DNA of 64,000 nucleotides from an uncultured Actinomycetes bacterium (GTDB lineage Bacteria > Actinomycetota > UBA4738 > JBBDTT01): contig CAVUMN010000003.1 of NCBI GenBank assembly GCA_963742735.1, forward strand, positions 96,001-160,000, given 5' to 3'. Positions 18,672-27,153 of this stretch are shown here, in pieces; within the stretch, counting starts at the first letter, position 1; each line of letters begins with the position of its first letter. A program made the position numbers and the translations under genes. The notes under the pieces are model-generated. The model made no database searches. It worked only from the letters and a program-made list of their open reading frames with translations, and was not told the origin of the DNA.

Positions 18672-19862
18672 TCAGGACGCCGTCTGGGCGGGGACGCCGA
18701 CGAGCGTCTCGAGCTGGCCGATGCCGTCCTCGGGACCGATGGAGATCACCCGGTCCCCGGCCTGCAGCGTGAACCGGGGCCTGGGTCGGTAGGTCCAGCG
18801 GCGGCCTCGCTGCACCGCGAGGACGAACATGCCGGTCTCGGTGGCCAGGGACAGGCCCTTGAGGGTCTTGCCGTCGGCGCGCGACCCGGACTCGACGACC
18901 GACTCGACCGCGACCTCGTCGGTCTCCTCCAGCGCCATCTGCACCACCGGGTGGAGCTCCTCGCCGTGCTCGACGAGCCACGTCATGTCGCGGGCCGCGT
19001 CGAAGATCGTCTCGGTGGCGTGGCCCAGCCGGAGCAGCCCCCGGAGCTCGTCTGGGTTGCGGGCCTCGGGCGCCGCCTTCAGGACCCAGGACTCGAGCTC
19101 GTCGTGGAGCGTGTCGCTGCGCGCCTCGAGGGTCGCCACCTCGGCGGCGAGCGCCGGATCCTTGAACAGCAGCGCCGAGTACGCGAGCCCGACCGCGACC
19201 TCGGCGGAGTTCTTCATCTCGACCAGGATGTCCACGGCCCGGTCCAGCTCGGTCAGGGGATGCGGGTCGCCCTTGGGCGCCTCGGTGAGGGGAGCCGCGC
19301 CGGCCAGCTTCCGGATGAGGTTCACGCCCTCCTCGGGGCCCTGGAACAGCAGCACGTCGGCCTCGGAGACGATCGTCTCGGGGCCGGGAGCGAACTCCCA
19401 CTCGTCGCCGCGGCGGATCGCGATCACCCACATGCCCGTCTCGATGGGGAGCTGGAGGTCGCGCAGGCTCTGGCCGACGCACTCCGAGCCGGCGCGGACC
19501 TTCACCCGGCCGACGATCTCGTCGGCGTGGCGGAGATCGGGCCGCAGCGCGGCGGGGATCCCCAGGTGGGCGTCGATCACGCGGGCGATGTCGCTCGCCG
19601 CCTGGCCGATCTTCTCGATGGCCCCGGCGATGTGGAGCACGCCGGCCATGGCCTCGGCGTCCTCGGGGCTGCGGGCCGCGAGCATGGAGATCTCACGCAG
19701 GCGGCGGAGGTGACCGTCGAGGATCTCCTCGAGCCGCTCGACCTCCTCGGCCAGGTCCTCCTCGTTGAAGAAGACCGCCGCGTAGGCGAGGTCGACCATG
19801 ACCTCTGAGGTGTCCTTCGCCTCGGTCAGAAGCTCCTTGACGTTCCGCGGCCGCTCATCCAT
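18672..19862 (-). CDS. Duplicated PhoU + TrkA-C (RCK_C) domain protein
   Basis: EAKDTSEVMVDLAY and EMKNSAEVAVGLAY PhoU-like halves, each followed by an ETGMxVxA(I/V)xRG RCK_C domain. Confidence 0.85.
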   Translation of the reverse strand: MDERPRNVKELLTEAKDTSEVMVDLAYAAVFFNEEDLAEEVERLEEILDGHLRRLREISMLAARSPEDAEAMAGVLHIAGAIEKIGQAASDIARVIDAHLGIPAALRPDLRHADEIVGRVKVRAGSECVGQSLRDLQLPIETGMWVIAIRRGDEWEFAPGPETIVSEADVLLFQGPEEGVNLIRKLAGAAPLTEAPKGDPHPLTELDRAVDILVEMKNSAEVAVGLAYSALLFKDPALAAEVATLEARSDTLHDELESWVLKAAPEARNPDELRGLLRLGHATETIFDAARDMTWLVEHGEELHPVVQMALEETDEVAVESVVESGSRADGKTLKGLSLATETGMFVLAVQRGRRWTYRPRPRFTLQAGDRVISIGPEDGIGQLETLVGVPAQTAS

Positions 19863-21096
19863 TCGCTGCCACCCCGAATAGTGACAGAACCGCCAGGAAG
19901 CAGACCACGCCGGACAGGTCCATCACGCTGGTGATGATAGGGACCGAGTGGTTGTCGGGGTCCAGCCCGAACCGAGTCGTGACGATCGCGGCGTAGTAGG
20001 AGACGGGGATGGCGATCAGCGTCGCCAGCAAGCCGGCGACCAGGGTGCCGAGCACCAGCGGACCGGCGCCGGGGCTCGCGGTGCCGCTCACGGCCGTGTA
20101 GCCGAGGCCGAGCCCGCCCAGCGCCAGGAAGATCACGAACCCGAAGACCACGGTGATCGCCGCATCCAGGACCGCGGGGCCCTCGGGCCGGCCCCGTGGC
20201 GAGATCACGCCGAGCTGGAGCTTCGAGGACAGCCGGCTGGACAGGATGCCCCCGAGGGCCCCGGCCACGGCGACGAACGGCGGGACCAGGACCAGCAGCG
20301 CCGGGAAGGCGACGAACCGGTCCAGCCGGGCCTCGACCACGGTCCCCGCGAGGATGTCCAGCATCGGCGTGAGGAGGATCACCGCGGCCATCTCGATCAG
20401 GACCCGCCGGGCGACGGGGAGGTCGGTGAGCGCCCCCCGGATCGTCGCGAACAGGCAGACCAGGATCATGGCGATCGCCACGATCACGTTCGCGACGTCC
20501 GGGATGGCGACGACCAGCCGTGCGGCCACGAACAGCACGGGGATCGTGATCATGTCCGCCGCCGCGGTGATGAGCGGGGTGGCAACCGCGTCGAGGTCGT
20601 AGCCCCGCCGGTAGGACAGGACGGAGAGCCCGACCGTCGCGGCCAGCAGGATCGCCGAGTCGATGATGCCCCCGACCACCGCGATGGTCACGAACTCCAG
20701 GAACGAGATCGACTGGAGGCCGAATACGGCCGCGGAGAGCTTCGCGAGTGCAGCCAGCCACAGGGTCGACGAAAAGGTCGAGACCACCGCGACGAACAGG
20801 TTCTGGTACAGCACGCCGGAGCGGTCGCGGGTCACCTCGAAAAGCCCGGCGTGGGTGCTCGTGCCGAGCCGCGCGCCCATCGCCCCGAAGATCGTGCCCC
20901 GCATCCCGATCGCCGCCGGGATCAGGATGATCAGCCCGGGAAGCGTCTTGAGCGTGTCGGTGATGGAGCCGAGGGCGATGCCGGCGACGAACGCCGTCGC
21001 CGCCCCCAGGATCAGCGCGAAGAAGCCCTGGCGGAGGGTGCGCTGCTCCGCCCGCAGCGCGGCGAGCAGCCGTCGAGCTCTGCGGGGGAAGGCCAT
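19855..21096 (-). CDS. MgtE/SLC41-type divalent cation transporter (duplicated membrane domain only)
   Basis: IPAAIGMRGTI..GARLGT, PLITAAAD, GLDPDNHSVPIITSVMDL; GGGAGG RBS. Confidence 0.88.
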   Translation of the reverse strand: MAFPRRARRLLAALRAEQRTLRQGFFALILGAATAFVAGIALGSITDTLKTLPGLIILIPAAIGMRGTIFGAMGARLGTSTHAGLFEVTRDRSGVLYQNLFVAVVSTFSSTLWLAALAKLSAAVFGLQSISFLEFVTIAVVGGIIDSAILLAATVGLSVLSYRRGYDLDAVATPLITAAADMITIPVLFVAARLVVAIPDVANVIVAIAMILVCLFATIRGALTDLPVARRVLIEMAAVILLTPMLDILAGTVVEARLDRFVAFPALLVLVPPFVAVAGALGGILSSRLSSKLQLGVISPRGRPEGPAVLDAAITVVFGFVIFLALGGLGLGYTAVSGTASPGAGPLVLGTLVAGLLATLIAIPVSYYAAIVTTRFGLDPDNHSVPIITSVMDLSGVVCFLAVLSLFGVAANG

Positions 21097-21199
21097 AACG
21101 GAACCCCTCCCGAGTTCGGCACGCGCGAAAACCTTCCGTTCAGCATGATTTGGGGGCAACCCCGAGCCAGTATGTCCCCGCACGAAAAGGGAGGCAACC

Positions 21200-21784
21200 A
21201 CGGGCGACCAGGCGGGATGGGACGCGTACTACGCCGCGCAGGAAGGGCGTGCGCCGCGGCCGCTGCTCCTTGAGGTCGTCGACCGCTTTCCCGGTCCGGG
21301 CCGCGCGATCGATCTCGGGTGTGGAGACGGCGTCGACTCCATCGAGCTTCTCCGGCGGGGATGGACCGTCCTGGCGATCGACGCCGAGGCCGCCGGGATC
21401 GAGCGGCTCCTCTCCGCCGTGGGCCCGGAAGCATCCGAGCGGCTCACCACGCGGGTGGCGCGGTTCGAGGACCTCGATGGTCTGCCTCCCGCCGAGCTCG
21501 TCTACGCCGGGTACAGCCTGGCGTTCGGTTCGTCGGCATCGTTCCCAGGCCTGTGGCGCGCGATCCGCGAGGCGCTGGTGCCGGGAGGCCGTTTCGCCGG
21601 CCAGCTCTTCGGCGACCGGGACTCGTGGGCGAACTCGGCGGCGACCTTCGTCTCACGCGCCGAGGCGAAGCGCCTGCTGGAGGGGCTCGAGGTCGAGTCG
21701 TTCGAGGAGGAGGAGCGCGAGGGCACGTCGTTCGTGGGTCCCAAGCACTGGCACCTGTTCCACGTGATCGCCAGGCGCCCGTGA
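21200..21784 (+). CDS. Class I SAM-dependent methyltransferase (apparent ACG start)
   Basis: WDAYY..RAIDLGCGDG..WTVLAID lies in frame upstream of the listed ORF; LVPGGRFAGQLFG; KHWHLFHVIARR. Confidence 0.85.
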   Translation, partial: TGDQAGWDAYYAAQEGRAPRPLLLEVVDRFPGPGRAIDLGCGDGVDSIELLRRGWTVLAIDAEAAGIERLLSAVGPEASERLTTRVARFEDLDGLPPAELVYAGYSLAFGSSASFPGLWRAIREALVPGGRFAGQLFGDRDSWANSAATFVSRAEAKRLLEGLEVESFEEEEREGTSFVGPKHWHLFHVIARRP

Positions 21785-21788
21785 GGGC

Positions 21789-22289
21789 TCAGGCCAGCGG
21801 CTTCTCGTACCAGACGACGTCCCAGTAGCGGCCGAACTTGCGGCCCTGTTCGGTGAAGTGGGCGACCTCGCGGAAGCCGAAGCGCTCGTGCAGGGCCACC
21901 GAGGCGTCGTTGGGAGGGACGATGCCGGCGAAGGCGCGGTGGACGTCCTGTCCGCGGAGGGCTTCGAAGAGTGCCGCGTACAGGGCACGGCCGATGCCCT
22001 CGCCCAGCCGGCCGTGGCGGACGTAGATGCTTGTCTCGATCGACGTCTCGTAGGCGCGCTTCGCCCGGTAGGGGCCGCTGGAGACGAACCCGACGATCTC
22101 GCCACCGTCCACCGCCACGAGGACCCGGTGGGGACCGTCCTCCGCGTGGTCGGCGAGCCAGGCGGCCCGCCATTCGACAGACTTCGGCTCCAGGTCGAAC
22201 GTCGCGGGACTGGTCAGGATCGCGTGGTTGTAGATCTCGTCGATCCCGCCGAGATCCGCGGTGACCGCCGGGCGGACCACGATGTCCAT
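21789..22289 (-). CDS. GNAT acetyltransferase (phosphinothricin/YncA family)
   Basis: IYNHAILTSPATFD, ETSIYV, GIGRALY, NDASVALHERFGF, GRKFGRYWDV. Confidence 0.92.
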   Translation of the reverse strand: MDIVVRPAVTADLGGIDEIYNHAILTSPATFDLEPKSVEWRAAWLADHAEDGPHRVLVAVDGGEIVGFVSSGPYRAKRAYETSIETSIYVRHGRLGEGIGRALYAALFEALRGQDVHRAFAGIVPPNDASVALHERFGFREVAHFTEQGRKFGRYWDVVWYEKPLA

Positions 22290-22337
22290 ACTTGGATTCT
22301 GTGCCCCGTGGATTACGGGACGGTTACGATCGCGGAC

Positions 22338-22589
22338 GTGGCCATCGAGCTGACCCCGCGCGCGGTGGAGATCCTGACGCGCTCCTACGAGGCGGCGCGC
22401 CGGTTCAACCCGGACGTGCACCTGCGGCTGGCCCGGGAACGGGGCGAGGTCCAGGCCGTCCTGACCGAGGCGCCCGGGCCCGACGACGAGCGCATCGAGG
22501 GCGAGGGGTTCGTGCTCCACGTCGAGCCGGGTCTGGAGGGCCGGCTGGAGGTGCACGAGCCGCACGACCGGCTCGTGCTCATCCCCTAG
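22338..22589 (+). CDS. HesB/IscA-fold small protein lacking Cys
   Basis: IELTPRAVE..LRL..PGPDDERIEGEGFVLHVEP pattern; TACGAT -10 just upstream suggests a leaderless transcript. Confidence 0.6.
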   Translation: MAIELTPRAVEILTRSYEAARRFNPDVHLRLARERGEVQAVLTEAPGPDDERIEGEGFVLHVEPGLEGRLEVHEPHDRLVLIP

Positions 22590-22917
22590 GCGGGTTGTCC
22601 CACGGCCGCCAGGCCGGCCACTTCGACTCCGGCGGGGCCTCGGCCACGGACTCGATCTCCCGTGCCAGGGCGAGGTCCTTCTCGGTGATGGCGTCCTCGC
22701 TCCAGGTGTGCAGCGCCACGCGCACCCGGTTGAAGGAGTTCTGGAGGTCGGGGTGATGGTTGGCCGCCTCGGCCTTCTGGGACAGGCGAACGATGAACGC
22801 GACGGCGTCGTCGAACTTCGGGAACTTGTAGTTCTTCACGATCTCGTTCTCGCCCAGCCGCCACCCGGGCAGCTCGGCGAGCCCGCGTTCGATCTCCTCG
22901 GCCGACAGCCCGGTCAT
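22579..22917 (-). CDS. Pterin-4-alpha-carbinolamine dehydratase
   Basis: LPGW, AEAANHHPDL, LHTWS..ITEKDLALAREI. Confidence 0.92.
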   Translation of the reverse strand: MTGLSAEEIERGLAELPGWRLGENEIVKNYKFPKFDDAVAFIVRLSQKAEAANHHPDLQNSFNRVRVALHTWSEDAITEKDLALAREIESVAEAPPESKWPAWRPWDNPPRG

Positions 22918-22947
22918 GTCCCGACTTTACCCCCGCCGGCCTCCACG

Positions 22948-22971
22948 GTTCGTTCTCGCACGGCCCGGGAA
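22948..22971 (+). promoter_or_regulatory. SigB/SigF-like promoter GTTC-N15-GGGAA
   Basis: gttc gttctcgcacggccc gggaa, 10 nt before the kinase GTG. Confidence 0.4.
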
Positions 22972-22981
22972 TACGTCGGGC

Positions 22982-24226
22982 GTGCCGAGCATCTCCGAGG
23001 AGACGATCGCGGGCCGGTATCGGGTCGAGCGAGAGATCGCCCGCGGTGGCATGGGCTCGGTCCTGCTGGCCGAGGACCTCGTGCTCAACCGTCCCGTGGC
23101 GGTGAAGCGCCTGCACCCGCACCTGTCCGCGGACGACGACATGGCCGCCCGGTTCAAGCACGAGGCCCTTGCCGCCGCCTCGCTCACCCACCATGGCGTG
23201 GTTACCGTGTTCGACGCCGGCGAGGACGAGGCGGGCGCGTACCTGGTCATGGAGCTCATCGACGGCGAGACGCTCGCCGACCGGCTGACGAAGGGCCCGC
23301 TCGGCCCCGAGGAGACGGCCCGCCTGGGTGCCGAGGTCGCGCGCGCGCTCGATCACGCGCACGAGAAGGGCATCGTCCACCGCGACGTGAAGCCCGGGAA
23401 CATCATGCTGCTCGCCGACGGCCGCGTGAAGATCGCCGACTTCGGGATCGCGAAGGCCCTCGAGGGCTCGATGACCCACACCGAGACCGGGAAGGTCCTG
23501 GGGACCGCCTCATATCTGTCGCCCGAACAGCTGAGCGGGCAGCCGGCGACGCCCGCCTCCGACATGTACTCGCTGGGCGCGGTCCTGTACGAGGCCGTGA
23601 CCGGCGAGAAGCCGTTCGTCGGGGACAACGCGGTCCAGGTCGCGATGGCCCACCAGACCCAGCCCCCCCCACCCCTTCCGGCGCACGTCCCCGACTCGCT
23701 CTCCGGGGTCATCCTCCGCGCGCTCGCGAAGGAGCCCCTCCAGCGGTTCCCCACCGCGGGCGACATGGCGGCGGCCCTGGAGACGGTCGCCGGCGGGGGT
23801 GTGCCCGTGATGCCACCAACCGCCCTGCTGGAGTCGACGGGAGAACTGCCCGTCACCGAGGCCGTCCCGGCGACGGCGGCCCATGAGGGCCGGCGACGCG
23901 ATGCGTTCCCCTGGGTGATCGGCGCGCTGGTGGCGATGGTCCTGCTGGTGGGCGCCGCGCTGTTGCTGTGGCCCGCGCTCACCGGCTCCGAGGACCCCGT
24001 CGACCGGCCCAGCACGGTCGTTCGCAGCCCGTCGCCGAGCCCGTCTCTCTCGTCCGTCCCGGCGGTGAGCCCGCCGGTGGTGACGAGCGCGAGCCGGTCG
24101 CCCTCGCCCTCGCCGAGCCCCTCGCCCTCCCCGAGCCCCTCGCCGTCCCCGAGCCCGCCCCCGCCGCCCCCGCCGACCACGCCCCCGCCGACGCCCACGG
24201 CCACCGCCGCCTCACCGGCCGGCTAG
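22982..24226 (+). CDS. Membrane Hanks-type Ser/Thr protein kinase with Ser/Pro-rich extracellular tail
   Basis: IARGGMG, VAVK, HRDVKPGN, DFG, GTASYLSPE; one TM; (SP)n tail. Confidence 0.95.
   Translation: MPSISEETIAGRYRVEREIARGGMGSVLLAEDLVLNRPVAVKRLHPHLSADDDMAARFKHEALAAASLTHHGVVTVFDAGEDEAGAYLVMELIDGETLADRLTKGPLGPEETARLGAEVARALDHAHEKGIVHRDVKPGNIMLLADGRVKIADFGIAKALEGSMTHTETGKVLGTASYLSPEQLSGQPATPASDMYSLGAVLYEAVTGEKPFVGDNAVQVAMAHQTQPPPPLPAHVPDSLSGVILRALAKEPLQRFPTAGDMAAALETVAGGGVPVMPPTALLESTGELPVTEAVPATAAHEGRRRDAFPWVIGALVAMVLLVGAALLLWPALTGSEDPVDRPSTVVRSPSPSPSLSSVPAVSPPVVTSASRSPSPSPSPSPSPSPSPSPSPPPPPPPTTPPPTPTATAASPAG
24095..24200 (+). repeat. (Ser-Pro)n / poly-Pro coding repeat
   Basis: tcgccc/ccgagc hexamer-like tandem units. 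Confidence 0.8.
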
Positions 24227-24227
24227 G

Positions 24228-24659
24228 TCACGGGATCCGGACCGTCCCGTCCTCGGCCAGGGGCCAGCCGGGGTTCCACGCCACCTCCCACACGTGGCCG
24301 TCGGGATCGGCGAAGTACCCGTTCACCCCGCCCCACTCGGTCTCGGTAGCCGGCTTGAGGATCGACGCGCCGGCCGCCTGAGCCGTGTCCAGGATCGGCT
24401 GCACCAGGTCCCGGCCCTCGACGTTCATGGCCAGGGCCACGGCGCCCGAGGGGCTCGACGGGGGCGTGACCCCGGCGTCCGCGCCGAGGGAATCGCGTCC
24501 CCACACGGCCAGGTTGCCTCCCTGCAGCGGGAAGAACGCGACCTCGCCCTCGACCGAAGCCGGCGACGGCTCCCACCCCAGGGCCCGGTAGAACGCGACC
24601 GAGCGGGCGACGTCGTCCACGCCCAGCGTGACGAGCGAGAGGCGGGAGGGGACGTTCAC
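24228..24659 (-). CDS. VOC/glyoxalase family protein
   Basis: LVTLGVDDVARSVAFYRALGW, WGGVNGYFADPDGHVWEVAWNP. Confidence 0.92.
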   Translation of the reverse strand: MNVPSRLSLVTLGVDDVARSVAFYRALGWEPSPASVEGEVAFFPLQGGNLAVWGRDSLGADAGVTPPSSPSGAVALAMNVEGRDLVQPILDTAQAAGASILKPATETEWGGVNGYFADPDGHVWEVAWNPGWPLAEDGTVRIP

Positions 24660-25315
24660 GAGCTTGATCCTTCCCGCAAGGTTCGCTCCGCGAACGCCCC
24701 GACGAGCGCCGCCGCCTCCCGCTCGCGCCTCCAGAAGAAGTGGTTCGTCCCCTCGACCACCGTGACCTCGGCCCGGGGGATGCGCCCGGCCAGCACGTAG
24801 GCGTCGGGAACCGGCGCGAACGTGTCCCCGTCCCCGACCACGATCAGGGCGGGGATCGCCAGGCTCGCCAGCTCCTCCGGCTCGGGGAGGCGGATGAGCC
24901 GCTCCGAGGCCTCGCCGAGGGGGATGGCCACCAGGGCGAGCGCCCCGACCCGGTCGTCGTCGAGTGCCTCCCGCAGGGCGATGTTCGCGCCGAACGACCA
25001 GCCGGCCACGAAGGCAGGCCCGTCGGCCGTCTCCCGCACCCGGGAGATCGCCGCCCGGACGTCCTCGACCTCGAGCACTCCGCCGGTGTGGCTCCCCTCC
25101 GAACCCATCACCCCTCGGAAGTTGAACCCCAGGACCGCCAGGCCCCGGCGTGACAGATCGGCGCGGATCGCCCACAACAGCGGGTGGTCCTTGCTTCCCC
25201 CGTGCTCGGGATGCGGGTGACAGATGACCGCCGACCCCCAGGCCGGGTCGTCGGGGAGGCGCAGCTCCCCCTCGAGCAGCACATGGTCCGAGGTCTCGAA
25301 GCGGACGGCCTCCAC
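24656..25315 (-). CDS. Alpha/beta hydrolase
   Basis: CHPHPEHGGS, FNFRGVMGSEG, GWSFG, GDGD, NHFF. Confidence 0.9.
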   Translation of the reverse strand: MEAVRFETSDHVLLEGELRLPDDPAWGSAVICHPHPEHGGSKDHPLLWAIRADLSRRGLAVLGFNFRGVMGSEGSHTGGVLEVEDVRAAISRVRETADGPAFVAGWSFGANIALREALDDDRVGALALVAIPLGEASERLIRLPEPEELASLAIPALIVVGDGDTFAPVPDAYVLAGRIPRAEVTVVEGTNHFFWRREREAAALVGAFAERTLREGSSS

Positions 25316-25337
25316 GCCGTGGGACGATGGCAGCGAG

Positions 25338-26204
25338 ATGGCCACCCGGCAAGTGAGACTGGCCGTCGCCCTGCGGGAGCCCTTGCCGTGGCCCGAGCTG
25401 GTCGGCCTGGCGCAGGCCGCGGAGGACGCCGGCTTCGAGGCCGTGTTCGTGCCGGAGGTCGGCCACCGAGATCCGTTCGCGATGCTCGCCGGGTTCGCGG
25501 GGGCGACCGAGCGGCTCACCCTGGCCACCGGCGTGGCGTCGATGGAGTGGCGCGCGCCGCAGGCGATGGCCCTCGGGGCCGTCACCGTGCACGAGCTCTC
25601 CGCTCGCCGTCACCTCCTGGGCCTCGGCGCGGGGTTTCAGGACCTACGGACGTTCCGGGCGTACGCGGCCGAGGTGCGCGCCGCCCTCGCCGGCGCGTCG
25701 ATCGTCGACGGGCCGATGCCGATCTGGTTCGCGGCGCTCGGGGACCGCGCCGTCGAGGCGGCGGCGACGGACGCCGACGGGGTCCTGCTGAACTGGTGCA
25801 CGCCGGAGCGCGTGGCGGCGGCCGCCGAGGTGGTTCGCTCGGTGCGCGAGGGGGACCGCCCGTTCGAGATCGGGGTCTACCTGCGGTGCTGCCTGACGGG
25901 GGTCAGGGACGATGCTCCCCTGGAGGCCCTGCGCCAGGTGACCTCCGTCTACGCGGCCATGCCCCACTACCGGCGCCAGTTCGAGGCGTGGGGGTTCGCG
26001 GGGGAGCTGGATCCGGTGTCGGACCGGGTAGTCGACGCGATCTGCGTCCGGGGCGGCACCGAGGACTTCAGGGCCCGCGCGGAGGAGCTCGCGGAGGCGG
26101 GGGCGGACGTCATCGTGGTGTATCCGGTGCCCGCCCACGAGGTGGTCTCGTCGATGCTCGCGACGATCCTCGCCGCCGCGCCCGCGTCAGGCCCGAACCC
26201 CTGA
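25338..26204 (+). CDS. LLM-class flavin/F420-dependent oxidoreductase
   Basis: AQAAEDAGFEAVFVPE, TERLTLATGV, LLGLGAG, PIWFAALG, ADGVLLN. Confidence 0.85.
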   Translation: MATRQVRLAVALREPLPWPELVGLAQAAEDAGFEAVFVPEVGHRDPFAMLAGFAGATERLTLATGVASMEWRAPQAMALGAVTVHELSARRHLLGLGAGFQDLRTFRAYAAEVRAALAGASIVDGPMPIWFAALGDRAVEAAATDADGVLLNWCTPERVAAAAEVVRSVREGDRPFEIGVYLRCCLTGVRDDAPLEALRQVTSVYAAMPHYRRQFEAWGFAGELDPVSDRVVDAICVRGGTEDFRARAEELAEAGADVIVVYPVPAHEVVSSMLATILAAAPASGPNP

Positions 26205-26274
26205 GTTGCGAACCCGGTTCGGGGGGGTACACTGCATTTGCACGGGACGCACCGTACTTAGGGGGAAAATCGAG

Positions 26275-26607
26275 ATGACCTACACGATCGCCGAGCCCTG
26301 CATCGACGTGAAGGACCGGGCGTGCGTGGACGAGTGCCCGGTCGACTGTATCTACGAGGGCGGCCGCATGCTCTACATCCACCCCGACGAGTGCGTGGAC
26401 TGCGGCGCGTGCGAGCCGGTGTGCCCCGTCACGGCGATCTTCTACGAGGACGACGTCCCGGGCGAATGGAAGCAGTTCACCCCGATCAACGCCGAGTTCT
26501 TCAACGAGGACGTGTCGGGCCTCGGCTCGCCGGGCGGCGCCGCGCAGGTCGGTGCGCTCGACGTCGACCACGCCACCGTCGCCAACTGGCCGAAGGTGGA
26601 CGTCTAG
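26275..26607 (+). CDS. fdxA: 7Fe ferredoxin
   Basis: MTYTIAEPCIDVKDRACVDECPVDCIY..CVDCGACEPVCPV. Confidence 0.95.
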   Translation: MTYTIAEPCIDVKDRACVDECPVDCIYEGGRMLYIHPDECVDCGACEPVCPVTAIFYEDDVPGEWKQFTPINAEFFNEDVSGLGSPGGAAQVGALDVDHATVANWPKVDV

Positions 26608-26630
26608 CTCCGGAATCAACGCAGCACTCG

Positions 26631-26664
26631 ACGGGCTCGGCCTCGCGCCGGGCCCGTTTCGTTT
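26631..26664 (+). terminator. Intrinsic terminator after fdxA
   Basis: acgggctcgg-cctcgcg-ccgggcccgt followed by ttcgttt. Confidence 0.7.
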
Positions 26665-26695
26665 CCGGATTGATCCGCCCGCGTGGTTCCCGCGA

Positions 26696-27082
26696 ATGTC
26701 GGCCATGATCGCGACCTCGCACAAGACGGCGGCGCTGCTGACCGCGGCGGTGCTGCTCCTCGGAGCCTGCGGCGCCGACGAGACGACTCCCGGCGCCAGC
26801 CCCCAGCCGTCGATCGCCGCCACCGAGATCACGATCAGCGGGCTCGCCTTCAAGCCCGACGCGGTCGACTTGGCGGCCGGAGACGAGGTCACCTGGACCA
26901 ACGAGGAGAGCGTCCGTCACACGGTCACCGCGGGCACGCCGGAGGAGCCCGGCGACGCGTTCGACGAGCCACTGGAGGTGGAGGGCTCGGAATTCGGATT
27001 CACCTTCGAGCAGGCGGGGACCTACCCGTTCTTCTGCCGGAACCACCCCAACGGGATGCGGGGCGAGATCCGGGTTACCTGA
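26696..27082 (+). CDS. Cupredoxin/plastocyanin-like lipoprotein
   Basis: Lipobox LLGAC; type-1 Cu ligands HTV and C-x2-H-x3-M (FFCRNHPNGM). Confidence 0.9.
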   Translation: MSAMIATSHKTAALLTAAVLLLGACGADETTPGASPQPSIAATEITISGLAFKPDAVDLAAGDEVTWTNEESVRHTVTAGTPEEPGDAFDEPLEVEGSEFGFTFEQAGTYPFFCRNHPNGMRGEIRVT

Positions 27083-27153
27083 GGGCCGTCCGGCCGCTCG
27101 GGAAGTGGGGATCGATCGAGGCGTGCTTCCGCGCGCCCGGAAGGAGTGATCAC

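Noticed and set aside
24095-24200. CRISPR or other non-coding repeat array (also 39030-39060 and 8540-8740)
   Set aside because: These are in-frame low-complexity SP or KKAPA coding repeats without spacers
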